From Phycisphaerales bacterium (GTDB lineage: Bacteria; Planctomycetota; Phycisphaerae; Phycisphaerales; UBA1924), in NCBI GenBank assembly GCA_965227775.1, contig OZ245777.1, forward strand, positions 192,001 through 256,000: a stretch of 64,000 nt of DNA. The letters run 5' to 3'. Positions within the stretch are counted from its first letter, which is position 1. Each line of letters opens with the position of its first letter. Below, one piece after another: positions 19,556 to 29,212 of the stretch. The notes under the pieces were generated by a model. The model had not been told where the DNA came from. It ran no database searches and saw nothing but the letters and a program-made list of their open reading frames with translations. The translations under genes and the position numbers were made by a program.

Positions 19556-21451
19556 ATGTGCACCTCCCTGCCCGACCCAATCCTGAACAACGCACCGACG
19601 GGCACCATCGCCGGAGCGGCCCGCCGGCATGACCTGGATGCGCTCCGGGCGTTCGCGATGCTGCTGGGCATCGCCCTGCACGCGTGCCTGGCGTACACCG
19701 ATATCCCCTGGGTCGTGCGCGAGCCAACGGGCAACCCGGCGTACTTCCACTTCTTCTCGTTCATCCACGGCTTCCGCATGCCGCTGTTCTTCCTGCTCAG
19801 CGGGTTCTTCACGGCCATGCTGTGGTATCGCCGGGGCACGGGCGGGCTGTTGAAGCACCGGTCGAAGCGCATCGCGCTCCCGCTGGCGATCGGGCTGGTG
19901 ACGATCGTGCCGCTGACCTTTGCCGTGGCCATCGGAGCGAGCATCGTGACCAATATGGCCCCTGGGGTCGGGCCCGGTGCTGCCGAGAGCACAAGCGACG
20001 CGGACCTATGGACAGCGGCAGCCCAGGGCGACGAGGCTCGCGTGGCGTTCTGGATCGATCGCGCCGAACGTTCAGATCAGGATGGCGACCCGATCGACCT
20101 GAATGCTCAGGACCCGCAGTTCGGGGTGACCGCGCTGGGCTGGGCGGCGATGACCGGGGAGGCCGAGGTCGCGGCGCAGCTGCTCGAAGCCGGTGCGGAC
20201 CCGAGCGCGCGCAACCGCGACAGCAATACGCCGCTGCACTCGGCGTGCTTCTTCGGGCGTGCGGAGATCGCGCGCATGCTGCTGGAAGCCGGGGCCAATC
20301 CGCTCGCGATGAGCGACTCGGGCGAGAGACCGCGCGACACGATGCGCCACGGCGCCGGCACGGTGAACTTCATCGCCTCGCTGACAGGCGTGCAGGTGGA
20401 GTTTGAGATAGTTGAAGCGGGGCGCGAACAGATTCGACCGCTGCTTGAGGTGGCGATCGACGATGCTCAGGGCGGCGAGGCGACGGAGTCAGCGGCCGAG
20501 GGCAGCTCTTACGGGGAGATGGTCGTCGGCGCGTTGGTGGCGTTCCCGATCTTCAATCACCTCTGGTTCCTATGGCACCTTTGCTGGCTTGTGGCGGGCT
20601 TCGCGATCGTTGCGGTGATTGCGGGACCGCTGCTGCGCGGCCTTTCGCAAGCGGGCATCGCACGCGTGCTCATCGGCTCGCCGGCGTGCCTGCTGTGGCT
20701 CGTGCCGCTGGTGGCGGTGTTCGAGTTCGCGATGGACGGTGGGCTTAAGCTACCCGCTCCGTGGCCGATGCTGCTGGGCACCGCCGAGGGGCCGGTGCTG
20801 GGGCCGGCGACGAGCGCGGGGTTGATCCCCATGCCGCTGGTGCTGGGTTACAACGCGGTGTTCTTCGGGTTCGGGGCGTTGCTGTACCTGGTGCGTAGTG
20901 CACCGGCAGAAACTGGATCACCCCGAGCGCGGCTGGGCGCGGGCTGGTGGCTCATGCTGCCCACGGCGTTGCTCGTGTACTTGCCGACGATGGTGCTGCT
21001 GTATGCGACTGAGCCGGAGGTGGGTGAGACGGCGCTGACCACCGCGGTGACCGATCGCAGCACGCAACTCATACTGGCCGGGCTCGGCCAGGGCGTGTTC
21101 GTCTGGGGCTTGTCCTTCGGGCTCATCGGGCTCGGCGAGCGGTTGCTGTCGACCGAGCGCCGCTGGGTCCGCTACGTCAGTGATTCGAGCTACTGGTTGT
21201 ACGTCGCCCACCTGCCGCTGGTGTTTGCCTTGCATGCGGCGTTCTACTTCGTGCCGATTCCGGCATGGAGCAAGTTCCTGCTGGTCACAGTTCTGACGAC
21301 CGGACTGTTGCTGGCGAGCTATCCACTGTTCGTGCGGTACACCTTCATCGGGCGGCTGCTCAACGGCAGGCGCGAACGACCGCGCGATCGCGCAATGCGA
21401 ACACCACCCGACACGCCCGAGGGCGCGCCGGGTGGCTTGGGGGGTAAGTGA
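19556..21451 (+). CDS. Acyltransferase-3 (OpgC/MdoC-like) membrane protein with inserted ankyrin repeats
   Basis: RRHDLDALRAFAMLLGIALH, HGFRMPLFFLLSGFF, HLWFLW, SDSSYWLYVAHLP; ankyrin motifs GVTALGWAA, NTPLHSACFFG, LLEAGAD/N. Confidence 0.88.
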   Translation: MCTSLPDPILNNAPTGTIAGAARRHDLDALRAFAMLLGIALHACLAYTDIPWVVREPTGNPAYFHFFSFIHGFRMPLFFLLSGFFTAMLWYRRGTGGLLKHRSKRIALPLAIGLVTIVPLTFAVAIGASIVTNMAPGVGPGAAESTSDADLWTAAAQGDEARVAFWIDRAERSDQDGDPIDLNAQDPQFGVTALGWAAMTGEAEVAAQLLEAGADPSARNRDSNTPLHSACFFGRAEIARMLLEAGANPLAMSDSGERPRDTMRHGAGTVNFIASLTGVQVEFEIVEAGREQIRPLLEVAIDDAQGGEATESAAEGSSYGEMVVGALVAFPIFNHLWFLWHLCWLVAGFAIVAVIAGPLLRGLSQAGIARVLIGSPACLLWLVPLVAVFEFAMDGGLKLPAPWPMLLGTAEGPVLGPATSAGLIPMPLVLGYNAVFFGFGALLYLVRSAPAETGSPRARLGAGWWLMLPTALLVYLPTMVLLYATEPEVGETALTTAVTDRSTQLILAGLGQGVFVWGLSFGLIGLGERLLSTERRWVRYVSDSSYWLYVAHLPLVFALHAAFYFVPIPAWSKFLLVTVLTTGLLLASYPLFVRYTFIGRLLNGRRERPRDRAMRTPPDTPEGAPGGLGGK

Positions 21452-21790
21452 ACTCGCACCTGACCGTTCGCGTGCACCTTCGGCAACGACCCTCGGCACA
21501 CCACACCTGCCCTTTGTCCAACGTGTCCCAACTCAGCTGAGTTCGCCGAGTGAGTAGTTGAGTAGCATCGCAAGCGCTTTGGCGAGAGACCACCGCACGA
21601 CGCGGGCCAGTGCGCCAATCAGATCTCGGCACTCAACGACTCCGTTTCCCAGTCCGAATCCCCACACTCGCGCCCGCGATTGCCTATTTACGCCATCTTT
21701 ACGGCACCACACTTGCAGGGGCGTCCGTCCGTCGTGCGTATCGATGCGTGGCGCTGGCGCCCGTGGGTTGTTTCTTGGTAGCATGAGTAC

Positions 21791-21818
21791 GCAGCACGTC
21801 GCAAATGCGACGTGCTGC
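21791..21818. promoter_or_regulatory. Perfect 13-bp inverted repeat in an intergenic region (operator or hairpin)
   Basis: GCAGCACGTCGCA-AA-TGCGACGTGCTGC. Confidence 0.5.
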
Positions 21819-21968
21819 ACGCAAGTGCGCAGGCATCGTGCGACCGACTTCACGTACCTTGACGCTTGCAATGGCAACAATGCCCCACGAGGTGCTTGGT
21901 GTTGTCGCAGTACAATGCTGATATCGCAACCGATCGGATCCATCGCCGACATCGGGAGCTCACGTGGG

Positions 21969-23216
21969 ATGATTGCCAAGTGCGTGGTCGTATCGACCCT
22001 GCTCATTTGCATCGCTGCTGGCGCGGGTGCTTGCACGTATGTCGGTGCCCCGAGCGCGAGCGAGCGATCACGAGTCGCGCGGGGTGAGGCGGCAGTCGTG
22101 ATGTATCGCTATACCAAGGGAGCCGATCGCAAGCCGAGCGGATTCGGGCTCCCGTTCGTAGACCCGGCCGACCGATTCGACTCCAGGGGTTCGCGACCCC
22201 TTCCTCGAGCACTGTCGAATGAGCTCTCCGATCAGGGCTGGTTCTACCAGGTGCTCAAGCCGGGGCGGCATGTCAGCCTTGTCGAACACAAGGGCCTGTT
22301 CGATACGGAACCGCAGCTTGATGCGCCGCGCGTCGACTTTGGCGTGCCCAAAGGCGTCGCGATCGTGTACGTCGGGAGCATCCACGTCGACACCAGAACC
22401 GGCGGCGTTGTTCTGACCCACGAAGACGAGCAAGCACGAGCGATCATCGAGGCAGAGCGGGAAGCGGGCGGCAGGCTCGCGCGTGTGCCTGGATCGGTGT
22501 CGACTTCACCGATGCGGCGTTATGACCGTCCTGTTCCATCCCACGATCGCCTCGAGCCGGGCGTGACGGTGTTCGCGTTCGTCGACGATGCACCGGTGCC
22601 GTCGGGGGGCGCGCTCGGCGGCATGGTGGCGGGCGCTTCGCCTGGTGCTTCGATCATGCTGGGCAGCATGGAAGCGGCTCAGGATCCGCTTTCGACGGTG
22701 TTCATCGCGGCCCCTGGCGTCGTGATCGGTACCTTTGTGGCGGGCGTGGGATCGGTGTTCGGGTCGATCATCGGTTCCGATGACGCCGAGCGAGAACGCA
22801 TCCGGAAACTCGAAGCGGCGTTTGCCGAGGCCCAGGTCGGCCTTCTGCTGGCCGATCGCGTCGCGCAGGGCCTGCAGGGGCGAGTCGTGACCGATGGCAA
22901 CGCGGACGTTGCGGCATGGATCACGCGGATGGACTTTCCGCGCATCAAGCAGGAACGGTGCATCGAGATCGCCTTCCGCGTGCGCGCCCGAGACGCGCGG
23001 GGCGCCGTGTGCTTTGATCGGATCTACGTGTCACGGCATCCCGATGCGAAGCACTCACGCCTCGCGGCACTCCACGAACTGCCGCTCGAACGCGAACCAG
23101 TTCTGAGGCCCAGAACTGAATGGCGGGGTGAGGATGGTCCGGATCTGATCGTCGCGGAAGTGGAAGCAGCAATCGCGGCCTTGGGCGAGCGTTTGCGAAC
23201 CGACCTTGGCCCCTGA
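21969..23216 (+). CDS. Putative lipoprotein of unknown function
   Basis: MIAKCVVVSTLLICIAAGAGA|C lipobox-like signal; internal glycine-zipper-like hydrophobic stretch. Start uncertain. Confidence 0.65.
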   Translation: MIAKCVVVSTLLICIAAGAGACTYVGAPSASERSRVARGEAAVVMYRYTKGADRKPSGFGLPFVDPADRFDSRGSRPLPRALSNELSDQGWFYQVLKPGRHVSLVEHKGLFDTEPQLDAPRVDFGVPKGVAIVYVGSIHVDTRTGGVVLTHEDEQARAIIEAEREAGGRLARVPGSVSTSPMRRYDRPVPSHDRLEPGVTVFAFVDDAPVPSGGALGGMVAGASPGASIMLGSMEAAQDPLSTVFIAAPGVVIGTFVAGVGSVFGSIIGSDDAERERIRKLEAAFAEAQVGLLLADRVAQGLQGRVVTDGNADVAAWITRMDFPRIKQERCIEIAFRVRARDARGAVCFDRIYVSRHPDAKHSRLAALHELPLEREPVLRPRTEWRGEDGPDLIVAEVEAAIAALGERLRTDLGP

Positions 23217-23292
23217 GAATCGGCGCGTTTGTTGCGCAGAGGTAGAAGTCGTCGGGAGAGAGTTCGGACTCTCACTGCAGAAGGAGAGAGAC

Positions 23293-24600
23293 ATGCCGGC
23301 CGCACCCAAGTTCGCGTTTGTAAGTACCGTCCGCGTCATGCCGGCTGCCATTGGTGTGGCGTGTATAGGCGTTGCGCTCGCACAGGATTGCTCGCCCGGC
23401 CAGGGCTTCGACGGACCGGTGGGATACGCCGCGGGGTCGTTCCCCTCGGGCATCGCACTGGGCGATCTCAATGGCGATGGCAACCCGGACATGGTCGTCG
23501 CCAACTCCTTCAGTAACGACGTGACCATCCGGCTGGGCGTTGGCGACGGCACTTTCGGGCCGTCGAGCAGGCGGGACGTGGGCGAGCAGCCCCAGGCCGT
23601 GGCCCTCGGGGACATCGACAACGACGGCCGACTGGACATCGTCGTGCCCAACGCGCGCACCGACGACGCCAGTGTGCTGCCGGGCAACGGCGACGGCACG
23701 TTCGGGCCCGAGCGGCGCGTGGATGTGGGCGATCAGCCGCGCGACGTAGTCTTTGGCGACCTGGACCGCGACGGTGACCTGGACATGATCGTGCCCAACC
23801 AGGACCTGGATGTCGTCAGCGTGATGCTCAACACCGGCGGCCTGTTTGCAGCGCCAGTGACCTACGCTGCCGGCGACCGGCCATGGCGGCTTGCGCTGGG
23901 CGACCTTGACCGCGACGGCAGCCTGGACCTGGTCGTTGCCAACGTGCTGAGCGACGATGCCAGCGTACTGATGGGCAACGGCGACGGTACGTTCGGGCCG
24001 CAGGTGCGCTACGCCGCGGGCGACGTGCCCCAGAGCGTGGCCGTGGGCGACCTCAACGGCGACGGCGAGCCGGACATCGTCGTGGCCAACGAGGTGACCG
24101 ACGACGTGAGTGTGCTGATCAACCGCGGTGGCGGCACGTTCGATCCGCAGGTGCGCTACGCCGCCGGCAACGGACCGTTCGATGTCGCGCTTGCCGACCT
24201 GGACGGCGACCGCGTGCTGGACATGGCGGTGCCCAACCTACTTGGCAACAGCGTGAGCGTGCTGACGGGCGTTGGCGACGGGACGTTCGCGCCGCGGGAC
24301 CTATACAGCGGCGGCCTGGGGCCGGGCGGCGTGGCCTTGGGTGACCTTGACGGCGACAACGCCCCGGACATCGTCGTGTTCAATGCGACCGGCAACGCCG
24401 CGAGCGTGCTGCTGAACATCTGCGGCCCATTCTGCCCGGCGGACCTCGACGGTGATGGTGATCTGACGATCTTCGATTTCCTGGAGTTCCAGAACCTGTT
24501 CAACTTCGGCGATCCGGCCGCCGACTTCGACGGTGACGGCATGCTCACGTTCTTCGATTTTCTGGTATTCCAGAACGAGTTCGACGCGGGATGCCCGTAG
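23293..24600 (+). CDS. Secreted FG-GAP/VCBS-repeat beta-propeller with C-terminal GC-dockerin-like module
   Basis: AAGGAG RBS; seven GDLxxDGxxD repeats; tail CPADLDGDGDLTIFDFL...DAGCP*. Confidence 0.9.
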   Translation: MPAAPKFAFVSTVRVMPAAIGVACIGVALAQDCSPGQGFDGPVGYAAGSFPSGIALGDLNGDGNPDMVVANSFSNDVTIRLGVGDGTFGPSSRRDVGEQPQAVALGDIDNDGRLDIVVPNARTDDASVLPGNGDGTFGPERRVDVGDQPRDVVFGDLDRDGDLDMIVPNQDLDVVSVMLNTGGLFAAPVTYAAGDRPWRLALGDLDRDGSLDLVVANVLSDDASVLMGNGDGTFGPQVRYAAGDVPQSVAVGDLNGDGEPDIVVANEVTDDVSVLINRGGGTFDPQVRYAAGNGPFDVALADLDGDRVLDMAVPNLLGNSVSVLTGVGDGTFAPRDLYSGGLGPGGVALGDLDGDNAPDIVVFNATGNAASVLLNICGPFCPADLDGDGDLTIFDFLEFQNLFNFGDPAADFDGDGMLTFFDFLVFQNEFDAGCP

Positions 24601-24657
24601 CAAACGTTCTCGGTGCCCTGAGTCTCGGCGCGATCCCGGTGCTCATACCCTGTTGCC

Positions 24658-25830
24658 ATGCCAGCTGGTGGCGAATCTCGCACCATCCTCCACGCCGATC
24701 TCGACGCGTTCTTTGCGTCGGTGGAGCAGCGCGACAACCCGGAGCTGCGGGGCAAGCCGGTGCTGGTTGGCGGGAGTGGTAAGCGCGGCGTCGTCGCGGC
24801 GGCGAGCTACGAGGCGAGGAAGTTTGGCTGCCGAAGCGCGATGCCCGGGGCCGTCGCGGCGCGGCTTTGCCCGCAGGCGATCTTCGTCAAGGGCAGCTAC
24901 GAGAAGTATAAGGAAGCGAGCCGCGCGGTCTTCGAGGTGTTCGAGTCGGTAACGCCGCTCATCGAGCCGCTGAGCATCGATGAGGCGTTCCTGGACGTGA
25001 CGGGCAGCCTCCGCCTGCTGGGCGACGGCGAGACGATCGCACGCAAGATCAAGAGGGACGTGCTCGAACACACGCAACTGACAGTGAGCCTTGGCGTGGC
25101 GCCGAGCAAGCTGGTCGCGAAGATCGCCAGCGATCTGGACAAGCCCGACGGGCTCGTGATCGTGCGCGAGGGCGAGGTCGATGCGTTCCTGAAGCCACTC
25201 GAGATCGCACGGCTCTGGGGCGTCGGCGCCGTCGGGCAGGCAAAGCTCGAACGCATGGGCGTGCGCACGTTTGGCGATGTGCAGAAGCTCGATCTGAAAA
25301 CACTGAAGGCGATGTTCGGCAGCCTGGGCGACAGCTTGTACAACCGCTGCCGCGGCATCGACGATCGGCCGGTTGTGACCGATCGCAGGGCCAAGAGTAT
25401 CGGACACGAGCGCACGTTCGGCGACAACCTGACGACGCGCGAGCAGTGCCACGCACAAGTGGTCGATCTATCCGAGCGTGTCGGGTGGCGGTTGCGACGC
25501 GCCGATCGTGCGGCGGGCACGATCACGCTCAAGGTGCGCAACGGCGAATTCAAGACCATCACACGATCGCACACGTTGAGCGAGCCGACGCACGACAGCG
25601 CGGCGATCGTGCGCGAGGCGTGCGCACTGCTTGATTCCTGGGCAACCAGGAGCTTTGAGCCCGTCAGACTGCTCGGCGTCAGCGCGAGCCAGCTGCACAC
25701 GCCCGAAGGCCCTGGTCTGTTCGATGCGGCCGAGCACGAGCGGGCCAGCCGCGTCGACGAGGCAGCCGACGTCATCCGTAGCCGGTTCGGTGATGCGGCG
25801 ATTGGCCGGGCGAGCTCATTGGACGCGTAG
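24658..25830 (+). CDS. dinB: DNA polymerase IV
   Basis: ILHADLDAFFASVE, AASYEARKFG, SIDEAFLD, AKIASDLDKPDG, LWGVG, VRLLGVS. Confidence 0.95.
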   Translation: MPAGGESRTILHADLDAFFASVEQRDNPELRGKPVLVGGSGKRGVVAAASYEARKFGCRSAMPGAVAARLCPQAIFVKGSYEKYKEASRAVFEVFESVTPLIEPLSIDEAFLDVTGSLRLLGDGETIARKIKRDVLEHTQLTVSLGVAPSKLVAKIASDLDKPDGLVIVREGEVDAFLKPLEIARLWGVGAVGQAKLERMGVRTFGDVQKLDLKTLKAMFGSLGDSLYNRCRGIDDRPVVTDRRAKSIGHERTFGDNLTTREQCHAQVVDLSERVGWRLRRADRAAGTITLKVRNGEFKTITRSHTLSEPTHDSAAIVREACALLDSWATRSFEPVRLLGVSASQLHTPEGPGLFDAAEHERASRVDEAADVIRSRFGDAAIGRASSLDA

Positions 25831-25834
25831 GTTG

Positions 25835-26212
25835 TTACTTCGAGAGTTTGAGCCGGATCGGGCCGCGTGCATCGTCAGGGTCGACCACGCGACCACCTTT
25901 GGTGATGGCCAGCTTGCGCTTGCGGACGAGGCGCCGCGCGGCGCGGCGGGTGCGCTCCATGAGCGGCTTCCAGTCCTCGGGCTCGACGGCACGGGCCGCC
26001 TCGCTCGGGCAGATGGTGGCGCCGCGGTCGCGATTGGAAAGAAGCTCGAGTATCGCGGCTTCTAGCCGGGCGTCGAGGTCGCCGGGTTTCTCGCGGCGAC
26101 ACAGGTCCGAGCAATAGCGGACCTCGTCCCACGAGCGCTCCCACTTCTTCCGCCACGCGAAGGTCCGGCCACAGGATTCGCAGATCTTGGTCGGAAGGTC
26201 GTCTGGCGTCAC
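25835..26212 (-). CDS. DUF2256-DUF3253 fusion protein
   Basis: LPTKICESCGRTFAWRKKW..SWDEVRYCSDLCR plus TICPSEAARAV..W..LM...RGPIRL; GTG overlaps the upstream stop. Confidence 0.85.
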   Translation of the reverse strand: MTPDDLPTKICESCGRTFAWRKKWERSWDEVRYCSDLCRREKPGDLDARLEAAILELLSNRDRGATICPSEAARAVEPEDWKPLMERTRRAARRLVRKRKLAITKGGRVVDPDDARGPIRLKLSK

Positions 26213-27108
26213 TGGCTTGCCGCCTGCGGAGCCGCGAGCGGATCGACTCGTGGTGTGGGATCGCCATGGCCTCGGATGCGCTGGGCGATGCGCGGCCAGG
26301 CCTTCAGCGGCATGCCGCGCGGCAGCGAATCGAGGATGCGGTCCTGCTCGGCCTTCGTCAGGACGAGCGCTTGTTCGACGGCGACCTTGCCAAAGCGGCG
26401 CGCGGTGAAGGCGGCCATGACCGCGCGCAGCGTGCGGGCGATGATCGCGCGGCGGGGCAGCACGCCCGCGCCGATGGCCTCGAGCGCAAGGCTCGCCTGG
26501 GTGCGGATCGAGTGGCGGCTGCGATCGCGGCTGAGACGGTGCACGCCCTGGCAATCAGCGACGGCGACGGTGGGCGAATCGCCATCGAAGGATACGATGA
26601 GGTTGCTGGGCTTGTGGTCGCGGTTGTGCAGGCCCGCCGCGAGCAGGCAGCCGACCTGCAGCCCGACCGCGTCGGCCAGGGCGTGCTGGCGCTCAAGCGG
26701 CATTTCGCCCCGCCTTGCCTGATCGAGGCAGTGCAGCAGGCTGACACCCTCGAGCCGGCCCATGACAAGGCAGTCCTCTCGCACGCTGCGGTCCTTGCGG
26801 CTCAGGAGCGCGAGCATCGGGGCGCATGGGATGCCCTCGGTGGCGAGCAGGGCGGCTCCGGCCCAGTGGCGGTCTCCCGCGGCAATACCGAGCCGGGCCC
26901 TGGTCCGGTCGAGCGGGCCCTCATAGCGATAGAACTTGAGGACGACCGGCCGGCCGCGCAGCTCGACGGCCATGACACGAACGCCGCGATCTTGCTTCAG
27001 AAGCGTCGCGGAGTCGGCCCAGGGCTCGCTGGTGAGGGCGCGGGCCCACTCGGGCCCGTCGCCCGTGGGGCCGTGCCGGCGTGCTGAAAAGCTGGGTGCC
27101 TCGGCCAT
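26209..27108 (-). CDS. Lipopolysaccharide kinase (Kdo/WaaP/InaA family)
   Basis: VVLKFY, LHNRDHKPSNLIV, VADCQG kinase-like motifs. Confidence 0.75.
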   Translation of the reverse strand: MAEAPSFSARRHGPTGDGPEWARALTSEPWADSATLLKQDRGVRVMAVELRGRPVVLKFYRYEGPLDRTRARLGIAAGDRHWAGAALLATEGIPCAPMLALLSRKDRSVREDCLVMGRLEGVSLLHCLDQARRGEMPLERQHALADAVGLQVGCLLAAGLHNRDHKPSNLIVSFDGDSPTVAVADCQGVHRLSRDRSRHSIRTQASLALEAIGAGVLPRRAIIARTLRAVMAAFTARRFGKVAVEQALVLTKAEQDRILDSLPRGMPLKAWPRIAQRIRGHGDPTPRVDPLAAPQAASQ

Positions 27109-27197
27109 CTGGCCCTAGTGTATGTTCGGGCGGTTTCCGGTCGCCGGAATGCGGTCACGCTCGATGCCACGCCCGGGATCTCGCTCTGAGGACGCCC

Positions 27198-27995
27198 ATG
27201 CCCGATGCTCCCTTGCCGCTCTCGGTGGCGATCATCTGCAAGAACAACGAGGCGACCATCGGCCGGACACTGGAGAGCGTGCGCGGGCTCGGCCGCGAGA
27301 TCGTGGCGGTCGACTCGGGCTCGACCGATGGCACGCTGGGCATCTTGCGTGAGCACGGGGCGCGGGTTATCGAGATCGAATGGCTGGGGTACGTCGAGAC
27401 CGTGCAGTATGCGTACGAGCAGTGCCAGCAGCCGTGGATTCTGCCCCTCGACAGCGACGAGTCGCTCGAGCCCGAGTTGCGGGCGTCCATCGAGGCGCTG
27501 GATCTCGAAGCTGAGGGCGGGCCGAGCGGGTACCGAGTGAACCGCAAGGTGTTCTACGACGGGCGTTTCTTCGAGCACACGTGGCAGCCCGAGTGGCGGT
27601 TGCGACTGGTCCGCAAGGACCGCTACCAATGGCACGGCATTAACCCCCACTATGACCTGCGACCACTGAAACCGGGCGAGGTCATCGAGGACCTGAAGGG
27701 CGACCTGCGCCACGACAGCTTTGCCAGCTTCGCCGAACTCATGCGCAAGCACGTTGGGCACGCCGAGCTCATGGCGAAAGGACTGCATGAACGAGGCAAG
27801 CGGGCCAGCGGCTGGAAGCTGGCCGTCTCGCCCGCGCAGTCGTTCGTGCGTCAGGCCGTGTTCCGGCGTGGGTATCGGGATGGCAAGCGGGGCTGGGCGG
27901 CTGCCGGCGCGATGGCCGCATATACCCTCATGAAGTACGTGTGCCTGCTGGAGTTGCAAGACCGAGCGGGCCGACAGCGAGAGGAGCGGCGGTGA
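27198..27995 (+). CDS. GT2 glycosyltransferase (LPS beta-1,4-glucosyltransferase-like)
   Basis: LSVAIICKNNEATI, VDSGSTDGT, EWLGY, LPLDSDE, GYRDGKRG. Confidence 0.9.
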   Translation: MPDAPLPLSVAIICKNNEATIGRTLESVRGLGREIVAVDSGSTDGTLGILREHGARVIEIEWLGYVETVQYAYEQCQQPWILPLDSDESLEPELRASIEALDLEAEGGPSGYRVNRKVFYDGRFFEHTWQPEWRLRLVRKDRYQWHGINPHYDLRPLKPGEVIEDLKGDLRHDSFASFAELMRKHVGHAELMAKGLHERGKRASGWKLAVSPAQSFVRQAVFRRGYRDGKRGWAAAGAMAAYTLMKYVCLLELQDRAGRQREERR

Positions 27996-28804
27996 CCACG
28001 ACCCAGCAGGAGCGAGCGCCCGTGAGCGAACCTTCGGCCATTGACCTGAGCGGTGTGAACAAGACGCTGCAATTCGAGGACGCCAGCGACCCGCGTGTGG
28101 CCCCAACCGTGGCCGACATGAAGAAGTGGGTACTGCGCTGGCGGCTCAAGGGTGAGCCGCTGGGCGTGAACGGCGCCGTCAAGAAGCGCTGGTATGTACG
28201 GCCGCACAAGATGTGGGAGTACAGCAGGGGCCTGGCGCTCACCGAGGCGAGCGGGCCGACGCGCGAGCCGGACTCGAAGCTGCACTGCCTGGACGTCGGC
28301 GGCGCGATGACGCTGCCGATCTTTTACCTGGGCAGCCTGGGCGACCGCGTGGTGTGTTTGGACATCGACCCCACCATGACCCAGCAGAGCATGGATGCGG
28401 CCAAGCGGCAGAACCTGGACCTGGACTGCCGGACCACGAACCTGGGCGAAGAGGATCCGTCGGCGGCGGACCTGGGCGCGCCAGAGGCCGGCTTCGACCG
28501 CGTGTTCTGCTTCAGTGTGATCGAGCACATCCTGCCGCCCGAGCAGGAGCGGGTCGCCAGCCGGATGGGCAAGCTGGTGCGGCCGGGCGGAATGCTGTGC
28601 ATCACGTTCGACTTTGGCGAGCACGGCCCGATGGAGGCGCCGATGCGGACGATGGAAGATGCGCACACGCTCGGCGACCTGATCGGTCTGCCGCTGGTCG
28701 GCGGGGACTTCGTCGACACGGGCGACCGATATCCGCTGAACCGCAAGCATCCGCAGGCGCGGTACACGTTCGGTTCGATGTTCTTTCGCCGGCCCGAGGC
28801 CTAA
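27992..28804 (+). CDS. Class I SAM-dependent methyltransferase
   Basis: CLDVGGA, VCLDID, FDRVFCFSVIEHI, VRPGGMLCITFD; GTGA overlap. Confidence 0.85.
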   Translation: MTTTQQERAPVSEPSAIDLSGVNKTLQFEDASDPRVAPTVADMKKWVLRWRLKGEPLGVNGAVKKRWYVRPHKMWEYSRGLALTEASGPTREPDSKLHCLDVGGAMTLPIFYLGSLGDRVVCLDIDPTMTQQSMDAAKRQNLDLDCRTTNLGEEDPSAADLGAPEAGFDRVFCFSVIEHILPPEQERVASRMGKLVRPGGMLCITFDFGEHGPMEAPMRTMEDAHTLGDLIGLPLVGGDFVDTGDRYPLNRKHPQARYTFGSMFFRRPEA

Positions 28805-28890
28805 CGCCGGGATCGATTGGTGCTAGCATTGAGGCCCTCATCGTGAGGGCATGAGACGTGCCCGCGGCAGATGCCGCGTCGAGGACACAA

Positions 28891-29163
28891 ATGGCCAAGA
28901 AGACCACGAAGAAGGCCGGCACCACCGGCAAAAAGACCAGCAAGAAGACGTCGAAGAAGACGACCAAGAAGAGCGTGCCCGCCGCCAAGGTTGGCAAGAA
29001 GACGACGAAGAAGCGCACCACCAAAAAGACCAGCAAGAAGGTCTCGAAGAAGACCACCGCCTCGACCGGCCGGGGCGGCAAGAAGACCGGCAAGAAGACC
29101 ACGAGCCGTGGCGGTCGTAGCAAGGTCACCCGCACCAAGGTTCACGCCATTCCGGCAAGCTGA
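28891..29163 (+). CDS. Histone H1-like Lys/Thr-rich small basic protein (90 aa)
   Basis: GAGGA RBS; MAKKTTKKAGTTGKKTSKKTSKKTTKK...; repeated KKT(T/S); no acidic residues; AAG/ACC codons typical of the genome. Confidence 0.8.
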   Translation: MAKKTTKKAGTTGKKTSKKTSKKTTKKSVPAAKVGKKTTKKRTTKKTSKKVSKKTTASTGRGGKKTGKKTTSRGGRSKVTRTKVHAIPAS

Positions 29164-29212
29164 ACCCACTGACTTGATCGGGCGTCGCCCGCAGAGGCGC
29201 GCCCGCACGACC

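Noticed and set aside
28891..29110. AAGAAGACC repeats as a CRISPR array or DNA tandem repeat
   Set aside because: Short, imperfect and in-frame codon repeats (KKT) with no spacers and no cas genes.
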